Source of the DNA: Octopus sinensis
Taxonomy: Eukaryota
Direction: 5' to 3'
Assembly (NCBI RefSeq): GCF_006345805.1
Contig: NC_043004.1
Location: forward strand, 22,692,001 to 22,756,000
Length of the DNA stretch: 64,000 bases
The translations under genes and the position numbers were made by a program. The notes under the pieces are model-generated. The model was given only the letters and a program-made list of their open reading frames with translations. It made no database searches and was not told the origin of the DNA. This document shows, piece after piece, positions 41,631 through 55,782 of this stretch (within the stretch, counting starts at the first letter, position 1; each line of letters opens with the position of its first letter).

Positions 41631-44629
41631 GTATGTATGCACACACACGTATATATATGTATGTGTGTGTATAAGTATGTATGTATACAACAACATTTAT
41701 ACTTCAGAATTCTAGAACAATGCTATCCAAATTTATATATTGTCAAATTGTTTCAGAACATCTTTCTTTCAAGTCTGGTTTTTCATCCCCTTTTCAGTAA
41801 TAACATCCTAGTTGAGAACACGAGTATACATGTTACTGTCATTGTTCCACTGAGTCAGTTTCTGCTGCGAGTAATTTGGACAAATGCATCTCTAAGAAAC
41901 TATCTTCCTAAACAATGATATTTTAATTATAGTCATCCATATCAAATCAATAGGAGAATAAACCTGATATTGATAAATGACAAGTTACAGTTTCTTACCA
42001 AAGATTTCATGCCTTTTGCATTTCTAAATAACTAAAATGGCAACAAGCCAGTAATTGTTCCTAAGAAGGTCACAACATCATGCATTTTGGTGGAGGTTCT
42101 GGTTGATTATACAGACCTCCCAAATTTTAGAGGAACTTTGTTTTATCAACCACAAAATATGGGTGTCAAGCAAAACACCTGCGGGATTTGAACACCGAAC
42201 ATAAAGAACCGTAGCTACATACAGTGAAACACGATGCCTACCGTTCTGCAGAGTCTGTCAATATTCTATCCTGACATGCAGTTATAATATGAAGAGTCAA
42301 AGTTTTATTATTTCCGAAAGTATTTTATTGAGTAAGGCAATACCAAATCCGCCATTGCATTTTTATTTAGGTAGTAAATTTAAAGTGATTTTCAGGTAGT
42401 TATAACCTGGATGTCTTTGATGTAGGTATTTGAGAGTTAAGTAAATCTAAATAAATTCAAGCATATATTGAAATTAAAGAGAAGCAGCCACGAAAATCTA
42501 TAGCTAATAGGTAAACATTTGTAGGAAGTTTAAGTTCTACGATTATTAAGGAACATTATTAGTGATTTGTTACATCTTGCTAAGTCGTAACTTCTGCGGA
42601 ACTACATTTTACAGTGAAAACTTCGCAGGTTACCCTCACGCAAAGTAATTCAATATTATAACCAACCACTCGTTATTATATATATATTTTTTTTTAAGTG
42701 GTTAGGTATATTATTGAAGGAGTACCTGGAAACATGACACCAAAAATGAATTTAATTTCATTAAATGAAACCTTCAAAATGCTTTTTACAAATACAGACA
42801 AAATACTTGCTTTGCCATTTAGATAAGAAGTATAGAGTTCCGTAGCTTTAACTAATAGTATATTGCATTCCTCAAGAGAAATTCTATTCTTATAGTTATA
42901 ATTCCATACATTGCTAGCGGAATCGGCGTTTAATTAAATTTGATGACTGTTAAGTGCAAATCAACATATATTCAAACTTAGAATAACACTTATATGTTTG
43001 GAAAGGAATTGAAAATATCTATTTTTATAGAAGCTATTTCATTCTTACGACATAGACTGATTAAGTGCCCCGGTAAATAATTCAAGTTAAATACCTATTG
43101 TGCACTGCAGCTGTCTGTTTTCGGAATGAAAGTAGGTCTAAAAATTCGATAAGAAAATATCATCTATAGTTTTCATAGCAGGGAATTTATTTTCCCACTT
43201 TTCTCCTTTGTATTCATTATTCTGTTTATCTTGAATTCTACATATCATCATCATGCATCCTTCTTTCATCATTATTCATGCATTTCTTATCATTATTCAT
43301 TTTCATTTCATTCTTGCTCATATTCGTTTTACCATAATTCATCAATGTTTCACGATTATTCATCTACTCATTGCCATTATCTAATACATTGACATTTTTC
43401 CAATAAGTAATTAAATTACTTCGTAAATGAGACAAATATTATATTTGTCAAATACATCAAAAGGATGTCTGTGGTGAAATGAATTAAATACCATATCTAG
43501 ATGCATCAGCTATTACACGTGAAATACTATAAAAAAATACAGCGAATTAATGAGTGAAAGCAATAACTTCCATGTTAATTCAACTGCATCTGTGTTACGA
43601 TACTGAGCTTTTATTATTTCCTTTTCATTTATTAACATAGATATACACACACATTCACACACGCACTCACACGACACACGCATGCACATTTTTATACATA
43701 TCCACTCACGGACAAGCATATACGTATATACGTATCCATCTATATCTCTAAGTGTTTGTTTTGTAGTTTTGTGTACTTAAGAATACTAAACATTCACTGA
43801 ATAAAGAAATTAATTCTAATAGCAGATCCACAATAATATCTATTATTAATGGTAAATTCTCAAACAGTGATTGGTGAGATGAAATATTCCACAAACGTAG
43901 TACTGAGTTGATATAGGCTCCAGGTAGTGGGACAATAATAAAGGGAAAATAGATAAAAATCATAGATTTGGAAGAGGATATATTGGGTAAGCAGATAAAA
44001 GAAAGAGATGGAGTGCAATAGGCATCATTTCAAGTTTAAAATTAAATAATTGTAATCAAATACGACAAAGTATTTTGTACAAGGTTTGATGAAACTGCCA
44101 ACCAACCGACCATGAGTAAAAAAAAATGAAAATTCAATAACATATGTCAGGCATGTGGATGGTTAGACAATAACCAGGTGTTAACAGTTCCATTTATAAG
44201 TAGATCTACCATGCCTTCAGCCCATATGTAGATCATACTTTACACGGTGCGGAACATGGTACTGTATACAAACATGTGGTTTACTGCCCATTAGATTATT
44301 TATGTTTACTCGTTGTTTTTCATGTTGCGCTTGCTGCTATTTTTACGTAACTCTTTGTTGGAAGAACAGACCTATCAACCAACGAATTCCTGACGATACC
44401 CTCTTTTCGTGACAAAGTTTATGTAAAATTGAATTATCCAATACATACTTCTTTCATTAGGATGGCAAAATGCCATTTGTGAAAGATTTCATTTTTATTT
44501 CTACCAAGGTAAAAGCCTAAATATTTAGAAACGGCTAGGCCCGGCACTCAAACTCAAAGCAAAGGTATTAGCACGTTACCAATTCTTTTGAATACATTGA
44601 TTGTAGTTTCATTAATATATACTATGTCT

Positions 44630-44825
44630 AAGGCGGCATACCGGGCAGAATGCTCAGCAACATTTCGTCCATCTTTACCTTCTGAGTTCAAATTCCTCCG
44701 AAGTCAATCTAACCTTTCATCCTTTCGGGGTCAATAAAATAATTACTTCTTGAGGATTGGAGTCTGTGTAATCCACTTATACCCTCCCCCGAACTTGCTT
44801 GCCTTGTGTCAAAATTTGAAACTAA
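44630..44825 (+). mobile_element. SINE family A
   Basis: AAGGCGGC...GGCAGAATGCT...TTCTGAGTTCAAATTCC...CCTTTCGGGGTCAATAAAATAA...CCTTGTGTCAAAATTTGAAAC. Confidence 0.88.
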
Positions 44826-46357
44826 TATATACTAATACTAAAACTGGATATATAGCAGAGGTACAGTCTGTCGGACTACCGCTCTTGCAATATTTCATCC
44901 TGTTTTTCTATAGTTCCAATGCTACGTTATCTACGTCTATTTGACATTTCATCCTAATATCTAATCTTTTATATTTCAAAGAAGCCATTTGTGATATTGT
45001 CGCAGTATGAGGAATAGCTAAATTAATGTAATTAAAAACAGTTTTTCCGAGCGAAACCTTGCCTCTCTTTTGATCGATGTTCATCTGGAAAGATAAAATC
45101 CAAGCTTTATACATTACAGTGTCAGGTTAAATAAATGTGTATTTGAGTATAAAATAGCAGACGAAGTTGGCCGACAGAAAACTAGAAACAGAAAAAATTA
45201 CTTAAACTAAAACTAATAAACTAATACAAAGAATAAATATAATCCTTTGCATAAATTGAAGAGAAATTGAAAATTAAATCCACCAGGTATTTAAAAACAC
45301 TTCCTTTATATATTTGCTTAATTGCTTCTGTATAATAGCTTTTCTATTATTCTTGCTTTATGTTTTATTCCGGCTATAAAACTTGGCACTTTTCTGCCTC
45401 CCTGGGACAGAGCAAAAATGTAACTACGATGTAATTGACTAAACCACTGCACGCTCAAAACATTGTTGGTCTTATATCTAAATTAGAAATAATTAAGCAA
45501 TGAAGACGAAAGAAATATAGAGATAAATGTTTATTTCTTTTCACAGCAATGACACATCGTTTCTTTTCTTTAGCTGACGGGTTCAACATAAGTTATTTTG
45601 AAATTAATTAATCATAAAAAAATCTCTAAAAGCGTATTTTAATTGCACTTTACCTTTAAGTATAAATACAGTTTACATAAACGTCTGCTATGCATATAAA
45701 TCAATACCAGATACATTACGCCTTCGACGAAACTAACGTATTTAAAATATTTTCCTTTAACAGCGTTTAAAAGATCTTTGATAAATTATTTGACCTCTCA
45801 TCTAGATTTCCAAGTGAAATGCCGCTTCATGGCTAGATTTGTTGCTAAACTAGTCTTGTATCAGATTATATCAAAGAAAACTATGCCAAAGATTTTAGAG
45901 CTTACATAATATTTGATTGGTTTACACCTATGATTATAGAACTAGATGTGAAATCAATTAAGCATTAATTACAGGCTGTAAATTAGTATCGAACGGAAAT
46001 AAATGTTAACGTTTAACCATTGGGAATATTGTATAAAACATTTCTTTGATCTATATTGCTATATAGTATTGCTATCACCGATTGAAAAGGAACATCATCC
46101 AGCAGGCAGACATACTCCAGATCGATCAATGTTTCCTGAATGGCTTCACATACGAAAATAAAGACCTATTAAAGTCTAACCTTACCGTATACATTTAAGA
46201 CAAAAGAGAAGCACCATGGGCGACTTACTTATATGAAACAATTATATCAAAATACGGTTATGCAAGAGAAAGGAATACTCACTCTGTGTGTCTCTCTGTA
46301 TCTCTCTCTTTCTCTCTCTCTCTGTATATATATATGTATATATATATATTATGTATT

Positions 46358-46409
<52 letters not shown>

Positions 46410-46700
46410 AATACATACATACATACACACATATGCGACTGTGTTTATTATAGAAAGGAATTATATAGTAAATGATATATAACGCAGTGAGATAAAATTT
46501 AAGTGTATATACTGTATAATACTTTATACGTGTGGGGGGTGTATATGTGTATATGCATATAGCTATTTACATGTTTCTTTGCATGTATGTATACATATAT
46601 ATATATATATAATATAATTCGAGACAAAACCACTATTTTAAAACCAAACAAGGAAAGACTTAATCAATACATAAAATTTTAATATAAATTAAATAAACCG

Positions 46701-46742
46701 CCACTACAATGTTTCATGTCTGCTCCGACAATCTTCAGGTGG
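46701..46742 (-). ncRNA. Hammerhead-like motif in the left palindrome arm
   Basis: CCAC-CTGAAGA-T-TGTC-GGAGCA-GACA-T-GAAA-C-ATT-G-TA-GTGG: CUGANGA/GAAA core, stems I and II, and a GUA triplet. The 10.1:11.1 position is a non-canonical U.U. Confidence 0.45.
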
Positions 46743-46820
46743 ATTTTCGATCTTCTAATCAGTATCAAATTTTGAAGTGAATTCACTTCAAAATTTGATA
46801 CTGATTAGAAGATCGAAAAT

Positions 46821-46863
46821 CCACCTGAAGATTGTCGGAGCAGACATGAAACATTTGTAGTGG
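46821..46863 (+). ncRNA. Hammerhead-like motif in the right palindrome arm
   Basis: Same as 46701-46742 with one extra T in the stem III loop. Confidence 0.45.
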
Positions 46864-47031
46864 CGGTTTATTTAATTTATATTAAAATTTTATGTATTGA
46901 TTAAGTCTTTCCTTGTTTGGTTTTAAAATAGTGGTTTTGTCTCGAATTATATTATATAATATTTTACTATAAATTGGATTTAACCCTAAATCTGATTTTT
47001 CCCTGTAATTTTGGATTCATTCCTTAATATT

Positions 47032-47072
<41 letters not shown>

Positions 47073-47543
47073 CACTCATATGCGATTGTGTTTATTATAG
47101 AAAGGAATTATATAGTAAATGATATATAACGCAGTGAGATAAAATATAAGTGTATATACTCTATAATACTTTATACGTGTGTGGGGGGTGTATATGTGTA
47201 TATGTATGTTTATTTTTATGTATGTGTAATTTATACACTGTTTATGATACACATATAATAGGAAATACTATATGGACGGTTTCTGTTATAGGGTGATATG
47301 GCTGAGTTATTTCCTCAGGTTTATTCGCGACAGACAAAACACCTTTGCATCCAAAATAAAAGAATTAGTGTTGTTATTGTTGAGGTTGCTGCTGTCGTCG
47401 TCATCGCCGTCGTCGTTATGGTCACCGCCGTCATCTTTGTTCACACAGCACTTATCCATCAGACTTCACATGTTTTCACTTCCCTTACAATGAGTCAAAG
47501 ATTGCCGCATCCCATGTGTCCTTCTACATTTAATAATATAGAC

Positions 47544-48094
47544 CAGTGGTTCTCAGCCTGGGGATCACGAAGCGATTTTAGGGGGAACGCGAAGGGATGC
47601 TGAAGTATTGTGAAAACGGAGTGGATTGAGACAGTTGAGTTTTAAAATTTCAAGACTTTCAAGATTTTCTCATGCTATAACCCTCTTTTTACGTTGGGTT
47701 CAAAACCCACCCCACTCCTACACATTCACTTGCTAATCACACTCGTTGAACAAGTTTGATTGGCCGATAGAAAATACACAGGTATAATGGTTGATCGAGC
47801 ATGTGATGTCGATATATTTCGTTCCTCATTTGTTTTGTAACCAATTGATCAACTAATTTCCTATATTTTCACGTGTATTTATTGTATCCCAATGGGGAAT
47901 AGCCCGGATAAAGTTCTGGTTTTCGGGGTTGCGGGTCTATGAGCAGTGCGGTTCATAGTCCGAAAATTACAGTACACGAGTGTGTCATTTTTTTTCCATG
48001 TCTTTTTCCTGCAATTTATAAGGGCCCACGAATCATCGAAAACATTATAAGGGGACTGACACGTAAAATTATTTGGAAATTTTGAGAACCACTG
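47544..48094. mobile_element. 551-bp non-autonomous hAT (Charlie-like) element with an intact 8-bp TSD
   Basis: TIRs CAGTGGTTCTCAG / TTGAGAACCACTG. The 8-mer ATATAGAC is identical at 47536-47543 and 48095-48102. Confidence 0.93.
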
Positions 48095-51000
48095 ATATAG
48101 ACTGTAATTTGAGAAAGATTTCAGATGTCTGGTTGTCAATTCTAGTAGGTTATGTCTCTTCTTTTGGCATGTCATCCATTGTTATTTTTGCTATAAGTGA
48201 GTGCTGCAATTCCAAATTGCCTAAGACCTCCCAAGCCTGATTAGCAATTTGAGAAATTCGGGTATGTTAAGTGGTACTTCAACGTGTTCTATTTTCAGAA
48301 TGCGACCAGTTAGAGTGGGCTTTAGTTGTTCTTTTGTAGATTCATCTCTGCCACTGTTTTATAAATAAGAAATAAAGATTTACTAAGTTAAAAATATCTC
48401 CAGTCGAAGTGAAAATACGCACTCTAAGTTACCTTTTGTATTACAATATGTTCTACGAGAGACCAGAAATATATCTAATATTGGAATCGAGTAGGAGCAT
48501 GAAAATATAAAGTTTCATTTTCTCTTAAGCAGCCTTGTTCTGTTTAACTAAACAGGCAGTTGTTTTTTTAGTGCCAACAACACATCTATTGATATCAGTT
48601 AGATATCTCTCTCTGCTAAGTTAGCTTAGCACCCCAAACATTATTGCTGAGATATTGTTGCAATAAAGTTTGAATTTGTTTTACTTTCTCATGTTTATTC
48701 AGTAGAAGAAACATAATGCATATGACCTTTAGAAGGTCTTCACGATTTGTTTGCGGAATGAAGAAAATTATCCCCAGATCCATCACATCGGCTGAATATT
48801 TGCAACAACGATGACGGATTATACTATAGCCCTCCAACTACCGGATGCTGATATTAAGCATGGCTCTAGATTGACCGCATTCACCCAAGAATAGTAGTTA
48901 TCCCTCAGACAGGCTTCAACAAGGCTTCCAGCTATAGAATTTGACTCATAATATCCGAGATCGTTCTAAGTGGATATACAGTACGACTGACTACGAAGCA
49001 ATGTTTACGAAGTGAGATAATTAACTATACAGCGATACTGTGTTTCTTTCGAACGAAAAAATTACCATGTGATAAATATACTCTAATTATGTTTCCAATA
49101 CAAATTTTCTTTTCTTTCAACGCCGGGCATTGTTAAATTATATCCATACCTTTATAAAGCCATTTAGGGATCAGCCTCCAAAGAGATTTTATCAAAGATA
49201 ACGTAACTGCCCACTAATCTACTTAATTTGAATCCTTTTCTCAATGTACTTCGCAAACTGAATCCAACGATTCTATTGCATCTTTATACACGAAAGAACA
49301 TTATACAACTTTGGCATAGATGGAATGCTAAATACTGACATACCACACTACAAAAGCGACAGAGTACTTAAACAGGCAATCAATATATCAAATTTATTTT
49401 TACATCTAATATATTCTCAAAGTTCCTTCATTTATATTCGCTATAAAGCGTATTTATCACGGCAGTTGTGTTTGAATGGATATTGGCTTACTAGTGTAAA
49501 ATTCAGATTTTATTTTGAAATAACATTTGAATCTACATTAAATATTTTAGTATCCTCATTACATTGTATAATTTCGGTAGGAAGTTCAGATTCACCTCCA
49601 TTAGGAAACGTGCATGTAGTAATCTAGAAAAAGGTTAAATTCTTTTAATTTTACTGGTGATTATTTCTCAATTGTGATAAGAATCACTCTGAAATTTGTT
49701 TGGAACTATATCTGTTTATTTAAAATGTCTGCTGAGATTTATGTCTATGGTACGTTTGATGAAATCTTAAGAATATTTCAGGTTATTTTCATTCCTATAT
49801 ATTTAATTGCATAAGGATTGAATTACTGTTGAGCCCGTTGGGAAAGCGTATTACACTGCACGAGTGTTCAGTCTTAGATAAAGAAACTACCGAGGCATCA
49901 ATTTCTAATTCTAAAGAAAATCAACATAGGATTTGCATAAATATTCATGTAAAACTAAACCATCATTATTGCATTTTATTCTTAAACTTATTCAAATTCA
50001 ATGATGATATGACACTTTTAGATATAGGCCAAAAATATATTTCCGTTTTCGAAACATGGAGAAGAAATACTTTTAATATCGGGAACATGACCGATAGGCG
50101 TTATATAGACATTCGATTTAGATTTATGTCAGTAACTCCAGGGTGAAAAAAAAATCAAGAAGCAAAAATGTTGCATAAGTTAACGACAAACCTATAGCAA
50201 AAACACTTATCACTCACTATAAAATGAAGTCAGCATCAAAAAGCATACATTTCGAAATCGAAAACTTTCATATTTATGCAAATATGCATAACGTGTAAAC
50301 AATAATTTGTAGCAAAAAACATGACGCATCACCAATTATAGTTGAGAAATTTCAACAGATTTTGTCTCTCCTAATACACAATTTCGTCATGATAACGATA
50401 ATAAAATATACAAGTAACACCCACCGAGGATTTGCTAAACAGAATGTTCTTTGTATCCACAAAATTTGAATATTGAATAATTTTGTCTTGTAAGCTTGTT
50501 TCCCATATGACACTTACTGAATATTCGACACGTCAGATGAAAACCAATTTTGCTTATATATGTTGCAATGGATATAATATGAAGAAATATATACACATAT
50601 AGGCAGAAAAACACAAATTCACACACGTAAGCCCTTACTCATATACATGCACGTTGAATAAATAATTATATATATATATACATATATGTATGTGTGTGTA
50701 TATATGTATGTATGTGTGTGTGTATATGTATGTATGTATGGATGGATGTGCATGTATATATCTACACACACACACATCTATATATATACACATATGTGTG
50801 TGCGCGCACGTGTACGTCTTTGTGTATGTTTGTGTGCATATGCTATGTATTATATATCTATATGTTTATAAGTATCATACCATTAGGGTTGAATAAGTGA
50901 GGAATGAGAGAGAAAGTGAGTGACTGACTTGACGATAGTGAAACGCGGTCTTATAACAGCAGGTAGTCCTTAGAAAGTCAGAGGAAATGAAAGTGCTATG

Positions 51001-51845
51001 AAAATGAGGAATGTTTTTTCAGAAATGTATGCTTAGACATTGTACAATAACTCGTGTACTTATATACATGAATTTTTACATATTTGGATTTGCATACATG
51101 CTGACATGTACATCTAGTAACATAGACACACATATTTGTCTTTCTCTCCCCCCACTAAAGACATATGTACACAAACGTATACACCGACATACACATGGGT
51201 GACATTTTAAAACCTCCAAACGCAAATTCTACTGCAGTTACCGCGGAGAAAACTTCTCTAAAAGGTATTAAAACGCCATGTCTGCCCACTGCTTCCCCTT
51301 ATCGGATTCCGAGACGGCTGTTTCTTAATCTTTAGCCTTCCTCGTTGGGAAATACCGAAGACAGGTTTGTCAGGTCAGGACAGCTTCAAATTCGTAGTTT
51401 TAACGGAAACTGAGCATCATCACTGACTGGGTTGCATCATTCGAAAAATATATTAACATCAGCACCAAACAGTGATTAAGAATAAACGAACTTTGGTGTC
51501 CTTATTATATACCTGGGAATCTGATTGGGGGAAGTCGTGGGTAGATATAGTTTTTTAGACATTTTACCATGAGAGGGAATTTTTTCTTGTTGGTAACTGC
51601 AGTGAATTTACCTTTAGAATTTAAAATATGTCAGGAACACATTTTAACTAAACTAAGGCTCCTCTGTGTATGTGTGTGTGTGTGTGAATACAAGCAAACT
51701 GATTTTTTTATAAGGTTCGAAAATGTGTATTGTACGTTAGAAATAAGATATTTTTTCTGAAGATAGAACAGACGTTAGAACAGCAGAAATATGGGTTTAA
51801 TATGGGGTTAATTACCCTTACAAAGCGAAAACGTTTGTCAACAAA

Positions 51846-51908
51846 CAGCAATGGGGCTCGAACCCACATCCTTCAAATACTTCGCCTAAGTTCTTTACCT
51901 TTAAGCTA
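51846..51908 (-). mobile_element. Isolated tRNA-like SINE head or tRNA pseudogene fragment
   Basis: Minus strand TAGCTTAAAGG (A box)...GGGTTCGAGCCC (B box). No acceptor stem can be formed. Confidence 0.5.
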
Positions 51909-51923
51909 GAAATGCCTGATAAT

Positions 51924-52215
51924 AAATTTATCCGCAAATTTAGACGCTAATAAGCTAAAAACACAACTACGTATATATAAATATAAACTAACATTTTTTT
52001 ATAAGCAGCAGGAATAGCCGTTTGATGACAAATTTTTCTACCTTGTAAAAATGATTTAGACAATATTTCTGCGGTTCTGCGTTAGGGAAAAATGATCATC
52101 TTATTTTTATCGTACAATGCACATTATATTTATATATATATAAATAGTTTGTTTATATTTATATACGCGTAATTGTGCATATCACTTAATAGCATCTAAA
52201 TTTGCGGGTAAATTT
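51924..52215. mobile_element. About 290-bp MITE-like inverted-repeat element
   Basis: AAATTTATCCGCAAATTTAGACGCTAATAA (51924-51953) versus the reverse complement of 52186-52215: 27/30. Weaker similarity extends to about 70 bp. Confidence 0.7.
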
Positions 52216-52346
52216 GGTAGCGGGCAGTTTAGTGGGTTATGGTCCCACAGCTAACAAATTTTTGCGTGTTATAAGTGTAATTTGCCCAATATTTCTACTC
52301 TTCTAGTACTGCGTTCTAAAAAAAAATTTCATTAGTATCATATATA

Positions 52347-52521
52347 TATCACTTGATCACTTGACTGACCAGTCCGTCAGGCGTCCATTTGACACCACTG
52401 GTCACAGCACGCTGTCCACTCCCCTCTGGATCGCGCCTTTCTCATCCACGTGATCCCAATCGTCCTCCTGAAATCGTAACTCCGCCGTCGTGGAGGTCTT
52501 CCGCTGGTCTTTTCCGCTCGC

Positions 52522-52523
<2 letters not shown>
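52347..52523 (-). mobile_element. 3' part of a family C-related SINE in (TA)n
   Basis: CACTTGATCACTTGACTGACCAGTCCGTCAGG...CTGGTCACAGCACG parallels 32974-33040. Confidence 0.6.
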
Positions 52524-52595
<72 letters not shown>

Positions 52596-53734
52596 TATAT
52601 ATATGTATGTATATATGTTGTGTGTTTACCGACATACGTATATAGACCCCTCAATGCGTACACACATGTGCACTTGGACGAGCCCATGCATTTGCAGATT
52701 ATTTATATCAAGCAAATACATACCCACTTACCTGTTTAATTTGTACATACAGCGAACAAGGAACAGCTGCATACGGGTGCATATATACACGCAAAATTGC
52801 CCACACTCCAACCCATACATATGTGCATTTGTTGAACGTGTTAAAATGTTAACATGAGTTAAGCTTTGATTGTATACACATTTTTCTGTCTGCATATAGT
52901 AATTATTTTTCTGCATCTTGACATGTGTGCTCTGAATTTTCACACATATGCAGTAACACTCCATATCCTTATAACACAGTCAAGATGTTATTATTTTGAG
53001 CAGTTCTAGTTAAGTACGTTGGCAGCATGAATACGTGTAGAGTCTTGTCTTTTATTTGAGATAAGATGGCTAAGTAAACTTAGAAACTGGAATGAGTATA
53101 GTACTATCCCTAATTTTCTTCATCTGTAATTTAAATTGGATATTCCTGTACACATATATACATGCGTATATGCATATATTTTTGTGGAAATATATTTCTT
53201 AAAATCATTTGCGATTTCGTTGGACATCTTGTTTATTCCCCAGCCACACCCAATTTGCTAATACCTATTAATAAGTAATTACCCTCTTGTCGTTCCCAAA
53301 TACCTCTCTAAATTGCTCTTATTTATGTTTTATATTGTAATGTTCTGAAGCGTAACTGTCCAAAACTTAATTAATTACGTGCCTATTGGTTTTACGTGTA
53401 AATTTTACGCATGTGTATGCGTTATCTATGTTGTGTGTGCGTGCGTGTGTGTGCGCGCGAGTGTATGTGTATGTGAGTGTGTGTGTTTATATGCATGTAT
53501 GGCTATTAGTGTGTGCATCTATGCATGTATCAGTGTTTGATATTAGGAATGTATGTATACATACTTCTGTCCAGATATTTCTTGAGCATTTGTATGCGTC
53601 AGTGTATACTTATAAGTATGTGTGTGTACGTGCGTGTGCACTTTATGTCATGATATTTGTTATATCACAATTCATTTCTTATTTGAAACCTTATTAGGCA
53701 CATGTATGCCATTATGGTTTAGATATGTATCGTT

Positions 53735-53796
<62 letters not shown>
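53735..53796. repeat. (CT)n microsatellite
   Basis: Directly visible. Confidence 0.97.
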
Positions 53797-53798
<2 letters not shown>

Positions 53799-53915
53799 TA
53801 GTACCAAATCTGGCGCTGGCGCTACTGAAGTATGCACGTGTGCATTCTCAAACTGATATTCAGGGATATTTTATATGCCGCTACTTATCTATATACACAC
53901 ACACACACATATATA

Positions 53916-53995
<80 letters not shown>

Positions 53996-55289
53996 GCATG
54001 TGCTAGTGTCTTCTGTATCGTTTCACTCTACTAAATTCCATATGCAAAGTAATTCTTCCGATGCCCCCAACGAAGACATGCTGAGAGCCCCAAAGTAGTG
54101 CGCCGATGTAACCAGTCAGGAACAACGCGGCCGAGAAGCGTGTCTTTTAAGCATACAACCATGCTTCCGTTTATATCATCTGAAACTGTCCCAAATGGAA
54201 AGAAACAAAAGATATAAAATAGCATAACGATAATCCCGCTTCTTGTATTATTCATTCAATGTTTCTACTGCAGAAAACATAACAATTACTTTTCAGAATG
54301 ACGATTCAAATATAACGTTACTACTTCCTGTCTTCTTGTTCGTCTTCCCTCGTTAGACGTGAATTGCTACCGTAGGAGAAAAAACAAAAATTATACAAAA
54401 CAACTTATTTGCCAATTCAGTCAATTATGTTAATAACTACTGAGAAAATAAATCGATATTTGCCATTTATTTATTCCTTTATAGAGTCATGACCAGTCTT
54501 CCATGATTGTACAGAAGCTACGCTTTATAGTCTGTTGTTATTTTTTGTTTTGTAATAAGAAAATAAAACATGAAAATCATTAAAATAAAGGTGAATTAGA
54601 CGCAACACTATAAGAATGTTTATTATTATTTTCTTCTTTTCTAGCAATACAAAAATAATAAAAGAAAAATTCGTTCTTCAAGCAGGAAGAACTCAATTAG
54701 CTGTCTTAATTTCCTATATCTCTTTTATATCCATCTGAAATATCTTAGAATTATGCAAAGAAAGGATGTGTCCATATGCTACCAATACATTCATCAGTAT
54801 TAATAGCGTGTTCTGCTGTAACAAACGTTTGAGTCTGACACGATCTCTGTTATCTCCTCGTTGTTCAGACGTGAGCAAACTAAAATGCTCTGTCTCAAAT
54901 TAGTAAGTCCCGTTAAAACACACGGTCAAACAACTTTTCTACAAAACACAAATCGCTATACACACAATATATTCTTAGGGTTACAGCTTCATAAATACAT
55001 GGCCAAAAAGCCGAGAACGAAGAACTTCAAGTGCAAGTGTGCGTGTCACTTACTTACAGCAGACACGAAATGTGTTTTGACAGGCATTTTGTCATTTTTT
55101 GTTGTTGTTAAGCACACGCACACACACACACATACACACTCATATCTCTTCTCTTTCTGTATATATATATATATAGTAATAGTAATCGCATAGGGAGTTT
55201 TCATACATGCGCAGTTAAACATTTAATAATGTTGAAGAACATGAAAATTCACAGAAGTACTAGGGTAATTCTCCAGGTTTTAGCAAAGA

Positions 55290-55339
<50 letters not shown>

Positions 55340-55727
55340 GCACATACATACATATATATAAGCTTCTAATATACTGCTTCTTCAATTAGTTGGGACGAAG
55401 ATCGCTTCTTTTATTTCTGTAGGTGATAAAAAGTAAAGCCTTGTAAGAGATGTGTGCAGTTAGGTCGTAATTTGCATTTCTTGTAAGAATAGCAGTGAAA
55501 GAAACAAATGAAAGCCCAAAGTCAAGTATCCATTGTAAGTGTCAAGGCAGTAGATATATATAAGTAACGAAACCACGTGATGGATGGAAATGAAGAAAAA
55601 GGAAAATATTTCATTTAATATCCTAGAGGTTAAACAGAGACAAAAATGTAGAAAAATGTAAAATGGTAGAAGTATAAGAATATGTAGTCTGGTGTAAATG
55701 AATTTAATCCAAAATTAAAGTAATGTA

Positions 55728-55728
55728 T

Positions 55729-55781
<53 letters not shown>

Positions 55782-55782
55782 T
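55728..55782. repeat. (CTA)n microsatellite
   Basis: Directly visible. Confidence 0.97.

Larger units (their letters stand above)
46606..46958. repeat. 353-bp spacer-less near-perfect palindrome centred on GAATTC (46779-46784)
   Basis: The arms are exact reverse complements except for one 1-nt indel (CTACAATG versus CATTTGTAG). Confidence 0.97.
46430..47204. repeat. About 126-bp direct duplication (46430-46555 and 47077-47204) bracketing a palindromic element
   Basis: The copies differ by 3 substitutions and one 2-bp indel. Each is preceded by (TA)n. Confidence 0.93.

Noticed and set aside
45058-45084. Strong minus-strand acceptor (TTTTATCTTTCCAG) with ORF 44908-45114
   Set aside because: No convincing donor and no homology recognised.
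49200-49630. Penelope RT relic (IASLYT motif; ORF 49325-49627)
   Set aside because: A single short motif with no downstream RT motifs found.
51846-51908. Functional tRNA gene
   Set aside because: A and B boxes and a T arm are present, but there is no acceptor stem or credible anticodon arm.
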